This document shows, in pieces, positions 40,683-54,693 of a stretch of 64,000 bases of DNA. A program made the translations under genes and the position numbers. This DNA comes from Octopus vulgaris (Eukaryota). The notes under the pieces were generated by a model. That model was not told the DNA's origin, ran no database searches, and was given only the letters and a program-made list of their open reading frames with translations. The stretch covers positions 4,836,001 through 4,900,000 of the forward strand of contig OX597822.1 of NCBI GenBank assembly GCA_951406725.2, written 5' to 3'. Within the stretch, counting starts at the first letter, position 1; each line of letters opens with the position of its first letter.

Positions 40683-41682
40683 CACACACACATACATACA
40701 CACACACACATTAATATTGAAGTGAGAATGAGTGCTCAACACCGCATTGGTGGATAAGTATTCATTATTCATGGGGTAATCAGACTACCATTGATTTCAT
40801 GTTGAGAGAGATATATCTCAACAATTATTCAAGTCTGCACCTTGGGATGTTGATATTTGTCTCTATCTTTGACAAAATACAATAAAATCATGTGAGATCC
40901 CATGAAATCACATGAGATTTTAGAGTAAACAAATCAATATGCATCTCAAAGGGGAACATCTCCTGAATTATTATCTCTTTTGTATTAAATTTGAATTTTA
41001 TAAATATTAAGTTTGGAGTTTGAATTTTATGTGCACACGCACACAAAACCACACCTGTATTATGCGTATTTAGTAGTTCGTATTTGCATATATAAGGCAC
41101 ACACACACATATATATATATGTATGATGTGGTGGAGAAGACCTCATCTGAATCTTGTAGCATGAAAACAAAAGTAATGGTATAGGTCAAAGAGATTGAAA
41201 TATGTCTGAAGTTGTCTCTTTTTTGCAAAAACAGATGAGACTCATCTTCTTCTAAGCAGATAAATTAACTTTGAGGAATTTATTTTTAATTTCATCAGAT
41301 TATTTCCCTTACTGCATTAGGTCAAGGATTTCTTTCTCCAACTCGAAGGAAATTTAAATTAACAAATTTTTATATATGCCTGTAAGTACATTACTCTATG
41401 ATTTCAATATTCAATTTCATGCTATTGATCCATTTGATTTATTTTCCTTGGCACACGTTTTCATTAAAATTGTATTTTTACTTCCTTGATCCTAAGCTTT
41501 GCTTCATAATTGGAGTTTCTTCTCAAATTCTTCAATAGATTCAGCTATGAGAATTAAATCATCAACACACAGGAGTTCCCATGCACATCTAACTGCTTTT
41601 AAACTTACTTCAATCATATAGATTGAACACACTCATATGAGTGTATATTCATCTAATACTGATATACATCCATCTATATTAA

Positions 41683-41901
41683 CACTTTCGCATTTAAACC
41701 GGCCAAACCAGGGCCAAATATTCTACATGTTTTATATTCAAACCAGCCAGATCTAACCTCTCACACTTACTCTTTATGTCACTCCAAAAATAAACAATCA
41801 CATCATTAAAATCTCAAAGTTACAAGATAATGCATGATTAATTCAAAACAATGTGATTAACTAAACATTACATTTGACAGAACAATCTGAACGCTAAAAG
41901 G
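41683..41901. mobile_element. piggyBac-type MITE, same family as 11611-11815
   Basis: TTAA flanks on both sides; internal similarity to 11611-11815. Confidence 0.7.
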
Positions 41902-42228
41902 TTAATAATACTACACATGTACAACAGACTACAATAAACTTATGTTCTTTTTTTTTTTGTACTTATGTCAATAGTAAGTGTTGTCTTTTACTATATTGTA
42001 TGCAGCTCATAGGAAAATGGAAAGATTAGAAAGCTGCTTGAAGAGAAGTGATAGGGCAAAACTTTAAAAAACAACATTAGAACGTTGAAGAAGCTTTCTA
42101 ACTACACAGATACGTTGGCATTGACTGAAACACTTCCGAGGTTATTGTTTATGAATATAAATGAAAACATTTAAAGAAAAGATATATTTGTTTACATACA
42201 TGAATGTATGAAAATTTGTGTGTGTGAT

Positions 42229-42291
<63 letters not shown>

Positions 42292-42426
42292 CAGAGAGTG
42301 TATTTATGTAAGTATGTACCAATATTTACTTTTCTGAAGTAATTCCTCTTTAAGATGTTTTCCATCAAATACATGATTATACTGTAGTTATAGTGTTGTG
42401 TAAACACACAACACAAACCCATATAC

Positions 42427-42461
<35 letters not shown>

Positions 42462-43338
42462 TGTATGTATATTCATAAAAATGTGTATACTAGTAGATAG
42501 TCATCTTAATATACTGCAGGGGAAAACAAATAAACACAAAAAAAAACCCCAACAAAAAAGCTATAATAATTAATAGAGAAAGTGAAAGAGAAAGTATAAG
42601 CAAGAGAGGAGAGGGAGAGGGAGAGAGGAGAAAGAGAAAACGATGTGAAATGATTCAAATATCAAAGATTACTCCTGGCAATGTTAGATTCTATTTCAAC
42701 AGGTTGGAATCAATTTTTTTTCTTCATAAGCTAAGACAAAGAAAAAGAGGTCATCAGGAGAATGTGTTGAAACAAAATCTGACGTTATGGAAACAGAAAA
42801 ATTCTTCCATCCATGATTTCAATGATTAGAAAAATAATAAATTATAAAACAAAAGAGTCATTAGTTGGTCATGCAGAATGTTCACATGATGATGATGATG
42901 GTGATCCACATCATCATCATCACCATCATCATAAACACGAGATCCTGTCCATAATAAGAATTTCTAACATAGGCACAAAGTGTCCAGTTCAGAACCAGGG
43001 GCTTTCTTACTGAAATTGGCTCCACTACTTGACAGTATTTAAAAAAAAAAGAATTTCTTTACCCTTACCCACCACACACATCACCCAGAAAGATAAGACT
43101 TTTGTTTGATGTTCTAACAATTCTGCCAATCCACCACTCTCATGACCAAGACAAAATCATATTGTATAACATTGGGGCAGACATGGAAAGGGGAATTAGT
43201 ATACAAATGATTCAAATGATCTAAATAATTAACCAGGGGCATATATTTATTTCATTAATTGCCCACAGGGGGCTAACTATAGAGGGGGCAAACAAGGACA
43301 AACAAATATAGAGGGGGCAAACAAGGACAAACAAGTCG

Positions 43339-43384
<46 letters not shown>

Positions 43385-43386
<2 letters not shown>

Positions 43387-43657
43387 GTGAAAATTTTAAT
43401 AGTTTCACTATTAAAACTGAAAGTATTATCTCTCATTACAATAGAGATGTTATTGTTTCACTTCTTTGACATAATACCGAAATAGTGTAAGAGAAAAGGG
43501 ATTGCTCTGGGCTCGCATTAGGCAAGAAGGTGAATGTATTTTGGCCCATGGACCCTAAGTAAGGCATATATGAAATTTGAATGAAATCTGTTGGGTAGTT
43601 CTTGAGTTTTAGTGATGCACACATAGACATGCATTCTCAGTTTTACATATTTAGATA
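43385..43657 (-). mobile_element. 5' portion of a non-autonomous Helitron-like element
   Basis: Right end TTTTACATATTTAGAT resembles the 5'-TC end of 2635-3035; the 3' CTAG end was not found. Confidence 0.45.
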
Positions 43658-44052
43658 TTTGAGAGGCTTCTCTTAGTTTCTATCAACCGAATCCACTCGT
43701 AAGACTTTGCTCAACCTGAGGCTATAGCAGAAGGCACTTGATCTAGATGCCATGCAGTGGGACTGAACCTGGAACAATTTGGTTGGGAAATAAGTTTTTT
43801 GACACACAGCCACGTCTGCACCTGAGACGGGCCAGAGGTAAATTGACTTGATTAAATTAAATTTAATTTAATTAGGCTGGTTTGCCAAAAAGTACGTCGA
43901 AACAATGCATTGTCCAAAGATGATTAGGGTAAATGTTTTTTTAATTTTCCTTTGATTTCTGAATTACTACTTTTTAGCAGTTTGAGTTTGGCTGCTCTTT
44001 CTGGTGAGTCGAATGGCCTATCAGGGCCATTCCTTAATATTGTTGAAATATA

Positions 44053-44088
<36 letters not shown>

Positions 44089-45314
44089 ATTAAAAACGGT
44101 CCTTCAGCGACAACACACCTTGATAAACTCAGTGGCTACTAATAACTTCTGGCCACAATAGACTGAGAGGATGCTCTTGGAGCCGAGAATTTGAACTTAT
44201 GGAGACAATATTTACGTATCACCAGAGGAAACCCAACTAGCTCTCATAATACAAGGAAATGGTTGCATAATGAAGTACCTGCATGCCGGAGAACTATGTT
44301 TTGTAGAAACAATTGTAGTGATTGAAAATAAATATCCAACCATACACTTTCTTGTTGACTCCAAATTTAAACAAAAAATTTTTCAATTATCTATCCATAC
44401 ATAACAAAAGCCCAAACACAAACCTGGAACTATGTATAATGCTACTACTGGATAGCACACACACACACACACACACATATTTCTATGCTACAATGGACAG
44501 CTTTCTAAAATCTGAACACACATGATTTATTAGGGTTGATAATTTTTGTTAAGCCAGGAACTACCCGGCTTTAAGCCACTACACCAACCCGACTACTCTA
44601 CTTCAACTGAAACTAAAAATTAAACAGTAATAACCTTAGGCAATCTTCCCAACTATCCTATTGAAGAGAAAAGAGAAAGACCACAGCTTTCACCAGTTTC
44701 TCATTGCATAAATAAATAAATAAATAAATAAATAAATAGACCTTTTGCTTCCCTGTTCTAAGGTCAGAGAAACTGGGAATTGGTATGAAAAGATTGTCAT
44801 GATCGATCAAATGTGTTAACATCATTTACACCTTCCCTAACATAGTTACAATTAGAGCCATTGGAAATTTGCCATACTGTTAGCAATCATTCCCAGTTCA
44901 ACTAGTTTTTAGAACACTTCTGACAGCATCATCATATTCAACATTTGGATGAGTTTTCAAATAGTTGGGTCGATAATGTATCGGCCTCTTGACAGAAGTG
45001 TCGTGAGTTCAGATCTAATCACTGCAGCTGTAGTTTGGGTAAGGCAATGTTAGTTATTCAGGTCCACTTTCTTGACAAAAGAAGAAAAAAAAAAGACCTT
45101 AAGAATACATATTCCTTTAATCTTTTACTTGTTTCAGTCATAGGACTGCAGCCATGTTGAAGAAATGCGTTGTCAGGTTAGTCAAAGAAATTTAAACACC
45201 AGTTTACTTTGAGCGCTAATTCTGTCACTTTCATTTGCTGAACTGCTAGGTCATGGGGACTTACACCAACATCAGTTGTTAAGTGGTGGTGGGACAAACA
45301 CAAAAACACACATG

Positions 45315-45885
45315 TGTGCCAATCTCTAAATGTGGAAGGAACCTGTGGTAGGGGTAGACCCAGGAAGACATAGGACGATGTGGTGAAGCACAATCTTCAA
45401 ACTTTGGGTCTCACAGAGGCAATAACTAGTGACTGAGACCTTTGGCGATATGCTGTGCCTGAGAAGACCTGTCCAACCAAGTGAAATTGTAGTTGTGGAT
45501 GATGCTGGTGTTCTGTAACTGGTACTTGTGCTGGTGACACGTAAAAAGCACCTTTTGAGTGTTGAGTCTCATAGAGGCAAAGTGGCTGAGCTCCTTTTGA
45601 GTGTTGGGCTTCATGGAGGCAATGACCGAGACCTTTGGCATTATGTCATGCTTGAGATGAAGACCTAAAGCCAAGTAAAATCGCAGTCATGGCAGATAAC
45701 AGTGTCACACCAGTGGCACGTAAAGCGCCCATTACACTCTCAGAGTGGTTGGCATTTGGAAGGGCATCCAGCTGTAGGAACCATGCCAAATCAGACTGGA
45801 GTCTGGTGCAGCCTTCCAGCTTGCCAGCTTTGGTCAAACTGTCCAACCCATGCCAGCATGGACAACGGATGTTAAATGATGATGA
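45315..45885 (+). mobile_element. RTE LINE 3' end, same family as 4784-6354
   Basis: GTCGRGRPRKT coding tail, 3' UTR and (GAT)n tail. Confidence 0.75.
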
Positions 45886-46219
45886 TATATATAAATAATA
45901 AACATACACACACACGCATACGTGACAAGCTTCTACATAGTTACTGTCAGTTAAATTCACTTACAAGGTATTGGTCAGCTTGCAGTTACAATAGAAAACA
46001 CTTATTGCCTAAGGTGCCATGCAGCAGGACTGTACACAAAATTATGTTATTGCAAAACAAGTCTTCTAATTACATGGCCAGCACCTATTTACATACACAT
46101 ATATGCACACATACACACTCAATGGTTTGGGAGTGAAGGGTTAAAATGATTTTAAACTGAAAAATAATTTTAGTTGGTTTACTGAGCTGAGATCAAACCT
46201 TATACAAAAACAAACTATA

Positions 46220-46617
46220 GGCGCAGGAGTGGCTGTGTGGTAAGTAGCTTGCTAACCAACCACATGGTTCCAGGTTCAGTCCCACTGCGTGGCATCTTGG
46301 GCAAGTTTCTTCTGCTATAGCCCCGGACCGACCAATGCCTTGTGAGTGGATTTGGTAGATGGAAACTGAAAGAAGCCTGTCGTATATATGTATATATATA
46401 TATATGTGTTTGTGTGTTTGTGTGTCTGTGTTTGTCCCCCTAGCATTGCTTGACAACCGATGCCGGTGTGTTTACGTCTCCGTCACTTAGCGGTTCGGCA
46501 AAAGAGACCGATAGAATAAGTACTGGGCTTACAAAAAATAAGTCGATTTGCTCGACTAAAGGCGGTGCTCCAGCATGGCCGCAGTCAAATGACTGAAACA
46601 AGTAAAAGAGAAAAGAG
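46220..46617 (+). mobile_element. tRNA-derived SINE, family A, full length and young
   Basis: GGCGCAGGAGTGGCTGTGTGG head through GAAACAAGTAAAAGAG tail. Confidence 0.85.
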
Positions 46618-47189
46618 TATCTCTCATTTGTAATCTCAAGCATTATCAAGTTTCCAAATACAGGTGAAAATTCGAAACAAAATAAAATGTCAAGTTGTAC
46701 AGAAAAAGAGGACAACACATAAGTTATGTCATATTAAGTTACATTCTGTCTGTAAAATGATCGTGTCTGCAATTAACTAACGATCCTTGTCAGAAAATAT
46801 AAAAAAGAGAAAAGAGAACAGCTGTATAAGATAACTGATGAATAAATGGCTCAACAGCTTCTTTAATGACTTATCTCTGTCAGAACCAAAATGCTCAACA
46901 TCGCTTCATTTCCTTCATCAAAGAGACTGAAGTCAGAATGTCATTGACCGTTGTGCAAAAGATCAATAAATCACACACGATGGTGATGATAGGAGTAGTA
47001 TGAGCACAGCATTTTGTTATTTCTCTGAAGATTGATAATAAAACTACAGCTTAAAAGGCAATGAAAAACAGTTGTAGACTCCAGAAGGACACAGAAGGAT
47101 CCGGTTGCATGCTTACTGTGAATACAAATTATGCTTTCAGAAGTTCGGGCACACTGTGTTAGCTTAGATAGGCAGGTCTTTTCAAGCAC

Positions 47190-47770
47190 TACACATCACT
47201 AATTGTCCTATTCCCTTGTCATCTCCTCCGTGAGGCTCAACATCCTGAGATCAGCCTTCACATCTTCAACCTATGTCTCCCTCTTCCATGTACAGAAAGT
47301 GATTGGTGTTTCCTTACACAACTATTCTTATCCATACATATCACATGACCAAACCAATGCAGTATCCTCTCTTGCACACATTTGATTTCTCTTACACCCA
47401 GTTTTTCTCTTCACACATAATGTACTTAGTTGTTCATAGACACTAACACTGCACATTTTGAGGAATATGCTTGCTTCATTGCTTTCTAATCTTCGCAGGT
47501 CCTCTGCATTTAGGGCCTATGTCATGCGACCACATAGCATTGGAGTTTGTACACAGGGATCATAAGGTTTGGTTTTAGCCCCTGTGAGAGAAACCTTTTG
47601 TTACCAACAAAGTTAGTAGCTCCTTGAACATTCTCTAGCCTGCTCTTCCACTGGCTACAATACTTTCAGAAAATGTTAAGTTACCAAAGTAACAGAGACT
47701 ATCTGCTACTTCTAGGGATACTCCTGGACAACTGAGAGCATTGATTTCCCATGCACCCTCAGTGTATATC
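47190..47770 (-). mobile_element. Decayed RTE LINE fragment
   Basis: Similar to 5290-5900. Confidence 0.65.
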
Positions 47771-49029
47771 ATTCCTGTACGTCAGCCGTATACAAAATCT
47801 GCCTTCTCTACAGACCATCTGACCATTGTTCTTATCATCTTTCCATTCATATTTACTTCTGATTGCTTCCGTTCCTGCCCACTGTCCACTACATTCATCT
47901 TTACACATATGATTACCATTACCCCATGCTTATACCCATATCCCACTCTGCCTCCTTACTTGTCCCTGCTGGTTCTTTTGAACCTTGACTCCCTTCTTCT
48001 TATCTTCTGGACATATTACCATGAGAATATAATCCAGCACTTCATCCCCACCACATATTTTTTGCACCAATCCAATCACTCCCACCCACATATCTAAAAT
48101 ATGTAGTAGCATTGATTTATTTATCATCTGACCTTTTAATAAAAAACACATCATTATCAAGCTGTGTCAACAACAGAACTAGCATTTATTGTCAAAGAGT
48201 GCAAACATTGTAGTATTTCATCATCATCATCATCATCATCGTTTAGCGTCCGTTTTCCATGCTAGCATGGGTTGGACGGTTCAACTGGGGTCTGGGAAGC
48301 CTGAAGGCTGCACCAGGCCCAGTCTGATCTGGCAGTGTTTCTACAGCTGGATGCCCTTCCTAACGCCAACCACTCCGTGAGTGTAGTTATTATTGTTATT
48401 ATTATTATTATTATTATTATTCATTTTGTTCAACGTGTAGAAGTACGTATGTGTTCAATATTGTTTTATTCAATTTTAGAAAAACTGAAACATGTCATGG
48501 ACAATTCTAGAACATATTGAATTTTGTGCATGACTTTTGGCTCATCCTATATGTATGTATATGTATGTATGTATGTGCGTGTGTATATATATATATATGT
48601 ATATGTATGTATTTTGGCCTGCTGACTTAGTCAGTAGGGTGGCCTCATTAGAAAGCTAAAACGATGCAAAGTGCATTGTGACTAGCGATGTATAACAGCA
48701 TTCAACAGTCTGCTCAATCACATGATCATGTGATATATATGTGTGTATGGGACACTGCCTTTGTGTGTGTGTGTGGTGGGAGGAAGAAGGAGCATACGGT
48801 TTAGGTGTATATATGCAAGTTTGTCTGGGGAACAAGAATGAAAACATGTTTGCATGATTAAGTACGCACGTGCGTGCATGCGTGTGTGCATGTATTTGTG
48901 GGTGTGTTAGTCCATATTGATTGCCATATTTGCGTATAATAAAACAGTATATTTTATTATAAAACAATGTACATCTGTTGACCATAACTAAATGAATGCC
49001 ATCACTCAATAGATGAGCTTAAGAAGGAT

Positions 49030-49530
49030 CTGATTATGTTTTCGAAGATCTTAGTTTTTTTTATTAACTTAGATGCAAATCTATCAATAGTGAATTTCTT
49101 GCATCTTACCCCGAATCTATCTAATGGATTATATTAACCCACAGCAAACTCTACAAGACTCTGAATTATATAAATAAATTTCCTAATCACCACCTTTTAA
49201 CATAAAAATAAGGTTAGCATCATATTAAAATTAGCTGGCTTATCTGCTAATGAGTACATTTTAAAGAATTAGTCAACTTATTAAAATGAGACATTGGCAG
49301 ATTGTGGATTTAAGGATAATGTGCATTTCATTAACTGCAAGAATAACATGAAGAATAGACCTATAAATATTGGTTGGTGTAATCCACCATTTAAAATTAA
49401 AGTAGCCACTCATATAGCTAAGACGTCTTTTGTTTAACTGAAGAAGGATTTCCCCTTGAAAGAGAAAACCTGTAAGATTGTATTATTCTACCAAATCAAA
49501 TCGCAAACAAAATATTATCAGCATTTGCTT
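49030..49530 (+). mobile_element. Ancient Penelope-like element fragment (RT thumb region)
   Basis: Broken translation IVNFLHLT.NLSNGLY ... NYINKFPNH ... NIGWCNPPFK.KVATHIAK, similar to the PLE motifs VNFLDVT and IIWFNPPF. Confidence 0.65.
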
Positions 49531-49784
49531 GGAGCCTGAAAGAGTAGAACATTCTATATAAAATATACCAAGACTTTTTGACAAAGACCAGATCATTTAA
49601 TGGAAATAAAAAAAACATACAATTTAAGCACTACTGAAATAATAGATATGATTTTGGTTTATAATCATAGGATTTTTGAGACTTACTATAGTCCAACTGT
49701 AATATATATATATAAATTTTAAATATTACAATGCAATAGTATCACTTTCCAGCCAAATAAAGCACCATACAGGTAGAATTATAA

Positions 49785-49867
49785 ATAAGAAGTAGTGGTA
49801 CGACAAGGCACCAATGTTTGCTGGAAATAGCAGTCAATAACATTGGTGCCTTGTTGTACCACTATTT

Positions 49868-49872
<5 letters not shown>
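49785..49872 (+). repeat. 34 bp-stem hairpin, pre-miRNA sized
   Basis: Arms 49785-49818 and 49839-49872; the only two non-Watson-Crick pairs are G-U on the plus strand. Confidence 0.85.
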
Positions 49873-49913
<41 letters not shown>

Positions 49914-50933
49914 GAGAGGAGTTTACAGCGTGCTGTGACCAGCGGTGTCAAATGAACGCCTGACGGACTGGTCGGTCAAGGTGATCAAGGTGATATATAT
50001 ATTTATATATATATATATGTACACAAACACAAATGAACAATAGCTATTTATATATGTCACTATAACATTGATATTCTCTATTTCTTTTGATGACCTGACT
50101 TTGAAGAAAGGACACTGTGATATTAGAGTCTGAAATGTTGCCACATATATTGCCCGTTTCCTTCAATTCCCAATTAGCATTCAAATTCTGGTAAGATAAT
50201 ATGTGTGTGTGAACACACACACACACACACAAGTACATATGCATATTTATGTATGAAGTCTATGTATTTATCCCTGTATGTATAAATACGTGAGAAAGAG
50301 GAATTACCTCAAATATACTCAAAAGAAGGAGCAGCTACTAAAGTCGCTGGTTATATGAATAATATAGCCATTAAGGACATCGAGATAAGGAAACCAGCTG
50401 ACCCATCAAGACTCAAGTCAGTTGCAGACCTCATCAGATAATACAGAGATGTGTCATACCCAATAACTAGTGAAGCGGTATAATCGTCAACAATTACAAG
50501 GCAAAGGAATGCATTAGAAATTAGCAAATTTAGAAGTATCAAAGAGATGGACCAAGTTATGAAAGTATTAGAAAAAGAATTAACACAATTGATTAGGAGG
50601 AGAATTCATTTGGCTGTCTCTTCACAGAAAGACAACTACAAGAGAATATTTTAGCTTTGAGTAATCCTCTTTACTGAGCATATGTTTTTGCATGTGTATC
50701 AACACACGCATATATATATATATATGTTTATATACACACAACTATACATATACACACACGCATATAAATATATATGAATATATACATATATAAATACACA
50801 CACAAACATATCATCATTGCCATTTAATACCTACCTTCCATGCTGGCATACCAATATGTATGCATGTGTGTGTGTGTGTGTGTATGTGTATATATATATA
50901 TATGTATGTCTACCTATCTATCTATATACTCAA

Positions 50934-51009
<76 letters not shown>

Positions 51010-52186
51010 TTTTCAATGATTGTTTCAACCTTATAAAACTTTCTATAATATATTGAGCACTAAATTTGAAAGAAGTCTACTTTGATTGAACCAAATTCAG
51101 TAACGATAAAATCTCACACAAATATATATATAATTTATTATCAATTATCATCATCATCATCACCATCACCATTTGTTGAGGTCGATTTTCTACAGCCAGA
51201 CGCCCTTCTTATTGCCAGCTCCTGATTCCAAGTACGATTATATTACACCATGACCAGACATGTTTTTGAGAAAGATTGGAAACAAAACATCAGTGGTATG
51301 ATGGTGGCACTTGTTTACAACTATTGTGCAATGTCAAGACAAGGAGACACAACCATACACACACACATGTATACATGTGTGTGTGTGTGTGTGTGTGTAT
51401 ATGATAAGACATATATGATATGATGAAACCGGTCTTATTTTATTAAACATTCTCTAAAATATACTTCCCTGCCTTTTCCAACTTTACTTACTTTTTTTAC
51501 TATAATTTTTTTATTTCTATGGGCTCTTAACCCCTTTTCAACTATGTATATGTGTGTGACAAACTTTTAATCAGACAAATCCATTTACAAAGCAGGCATT
51601 GGTTGGCCCTGGCTATAATAGAAGACACATGCCAAAGGTGCTATGCAGTGGGACTGAACTTGAAACCACATGGTTGGAAAGCAAAATTCTTAGCGACACA
51701 GTGGAGTGGTGCCAACCCCTATATGCATGCCAAATGTGTGTGCGTGTACAGAAATATATATATATATATGCATGTATGCTGTGAGTGTGAGTGTGAGTGA
51801 GTGTAATGTATATCTCTGTGTGTTTGTGTGTTGTACACACAGACACACACACATACGCATTAATAAACACATAGTGACAGACAAATTGATACTTATGTTG
51901 CTATTAGATATTTTGTGTAAATGATATGTTACTTCTTTGTTGGCAACAGAATCAATGATGATGATAATAATAATAATAATGATAATAATGATGATGATGA
52001 AATAACTGTCTTGATCTTAGAATTTCACCTCAGGCCAAGGAAACAATGCTTTTAAGACTGTATTCTTCACAATTTGAGAGTATTATGGATTGACTAGAAT
52101 AAATATATTCTTGATGTTTGGAATCAAAGTTAAGCAGAGAATAATGAACTGTTGTTTCCCTGTTCAGATAAATAAATAAATAAGTA

Positions 52187-52226
<40 letters not shown>

Positions 52227-52321
52227 CTCTACCCAAAAAATGAAAACACAACAACACATACATATAAAATATGGAAGGAAAATAACATAAATATAGACTT
52301 GGATACAGCAACGAACCCTAA

Positions 52322-52505
52322 ACACCAGGACTTACAAACACATATAACATACAGAAAATTGCACTACTAGGCACTGCACACATCCTACGCAGAACACTTT
52401 CCATACAATAACTATCAGAGCATCACAACAAATCACAGCACATACCCAAGGCACACAGAGCTGTGCTCGGTAGTGAAGTGAAAGCACGCTATAAAAATAA
52501 AACTA

Positions 52506-52510
<5 letters not shown>
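52322..52510 (+). mobile_element. R4/Dong-clade LINE 3' end adjoining (TAA)n
   Basis: Translates YNIQKIALLGTAHILRRTLSIQ*, the typical C-terminus of restriction-like endonuclease LINEs. (TAA)n arrays lie on both sides; Dong elements target TAA repeats. Confidence 0.8.
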
Positions 52511-52552
<42 letters not shown>

Positions 52553-52784
52553 TAATAATAATAATAACAACAATAATAATAATGATGATGATGGTTTATT
52601 GCTGAAGATGTTGGAGTGTGGGATTTACACTGAGTAAAGCAATATTAATAAATAAGGAATAACAATAAAGAACAAGAAAATCAGAAGAAATGATCACCCA
52701 GAATAGAAGCTGATCATGCAGAATAATCCAGAGTCGCCCACCCAAAACCTAAGATTGTCCTGATATACTAAAAAGCAAGGGTTT

Positions 52785-53195
52785 TAAGCACCCCATATAA
52801 CCCCTCATAACTTTTTTTTTGAATTTTTAGAAAATTTTTGTGAATTTGTGTTCTACACATGGGGATTTATATGACTATGAAAAAAAAAAATCTTTTCTAT
52901 ATTTTTAACCCCCATAAAATCTAAAATTTCCACTCATTTCTGAATTTTTAAAAAAATCAGAGTTTAAAATACAGATAGGCCAAAATGTTGATCAAATCCC
53001 GGCAATGGACCACTAATTGTGTTTACGGGGAGAAGAATATAGAAAAATATCAGCTGAATCGCCCTTAAATTACACTAAAAGCAAATCTTTTTTCTCATAA
53101 TCATATGAATTTCTCTGTCTAGTATACAAATTAATAAAACTTTTCTAAAAATTCGAAAGAATAAAAATGTTATGAAGGGTTATATGAAGTGCTTA
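52785..53195. mobile_element. MITE with ~110 bp imperfect TIRs
   Basis: TAAGCACCCCATATAACCCCTCATAAC ... GTTATGAAGGGTTATATGAAGTGCTTA. Confidence 0.75.
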
Positions 53196-53911
53196 CACCA
53201 GTATTCTGCCATGTTCTTAAACCAGAATTCTTCCATGTTCTTAAACCAGAATTCTTGTAGTTCTTATCACCAGGCTACAGCTACATATTTAGAGTGGGCC
53301 TATGCTACATTAGTTTTCTCACATTCACTGTTCATAGATTTCATTGGAGAGAAGATCTAGTTTTACTTTTATCAAGTGATTCTTGAAAGAGTTAACAAGG
53401 GCTTGGTATGAGAAGAAAAATTTGGTATTTAAACTTTTCTACCATGTTCATGACACAACTCCCTAAGCTATAAAATCCAAACAGAGAAAGTCAAGGCACT
53501 CTGGTTTGCTAAAGAAAACTAAGTCATCATATATTAGTCTTATAATAGTCCTATATTTTCAGTTGATAGTCTTCACTTAGCAGCAACTTTGTTGAAATTC
53601 TATATAATAATAATAATAATAATAATAACCCTTTCTACTGGAAGCACAAGGCCTCAAATTTGGGGGAAGGGATTAAGTCAATTACATCGACCCCAGTGCA
53701 TAACTAGTACTAATTTTATCGAAAGGATGAAAGACAAAGTCGACCACAGTGGAATTTTAACTTACAACATAGTGGCTGACGAATACTGCTAAGCATTTCA
53801 CCAGGTGTACTAGCAATTGTGCCAGCTTGCTGGCTTACTAATACTACCACCACCACCACCACCACCACTGCTGCCGTCGCCACCACCACCACCACCGCTG
53901 CCGTCGCCACC

Positions 53912-53942
<31 letters not shown>

Positions 53943-54196
53943 ATAATAATAATGATAATAATAATAATAATCCTTCCTATTGTAGGTACAAGGCTGGAAA
54001 TTTAGTGGGATGGGGCTATTCAATAACATTGCTCGTGGTGCTCAACTGGTACTTATTTTACAACCCCAAAAGTATGAAAGGAAAAGGTGACCTTGGCGGA
54101 ATTTGAACTCAGAATGTAAAGGTGGATAAGTTGCCGCTAAGCATATTGTCCAGTGCGCAAATGATTTAGCCAGCTTGCTGTCTTAATAATAATAAT

Positions 54197-54620
54197 AGAT
54201 CATCTACTGGGACATGTGTAATAAGAAGTATGGATTTCAATCAGAACACAAGTGGTATGAACATGCAACTGAAAAAGTGACTGAGAATAATGCAGTTAAA
54301 ACTCTTTGGGACTTTCTGACCAAACAGATCATGTCTTAGAGTATAACAGACCAGCTATATTGGTGTTTGAGAAGAGGGAATGAATTTGCTACACAAGTGA
54401 TGTGGCCTATCCATTTGATACAAGAAAACACAAGAAAGAAGAAATTAACAGGGTAGACATATACCAGAACCTGAAAAGAGAGATAAGTGAACTGTGGGGT
54501 TGCAGAAAAAAGGTCACACCAACTATCAGTGGACCTTTAGGAATGGTGAAACAGAAGGTCAAGAAGTGGACAGAAATGATTGGTTTATGGAGTTCATGGA
54601 AATGGACTGCCTGTTAGGAA
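54197..54620 (+). mobile_element. Decayed R4/Dong-like restriction-like endonuclease domain
   Basis: KWYEH.TEKVTENNAVKTLWDF..QTDHVLEYNRP...DVAYPFD...YQNLKREISELWG; follows a (TAA)n run. Confidence 0.8.
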
Positions 54621-54659
54621 TGATGACTTGTTATGCAAGAGTAGCCTTACGTAAATTCC

Positions 54660-54693
<34 letters not shown>

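Noticed and set aside
49438-49462. CTGAAGA-AGG...CCTT-GAAA
   Set aside because: Inside a decayed PLE coding fragment, with no stem III or cleavage triplet.
53205-53256. 24 bp tandem duplication CCATGTTCTTAAACCAGAATTCTT
   Set aside because: Two copies with no spacers; simple slippage, not CRISPR-like.
53817-54106. Poly-Pro or poly-Thr ORFs (also poly-Gly at 32726-33058)
   Set aside because: (CCA)n, (CTA)n and (TAA)n repeats between repeat elements.
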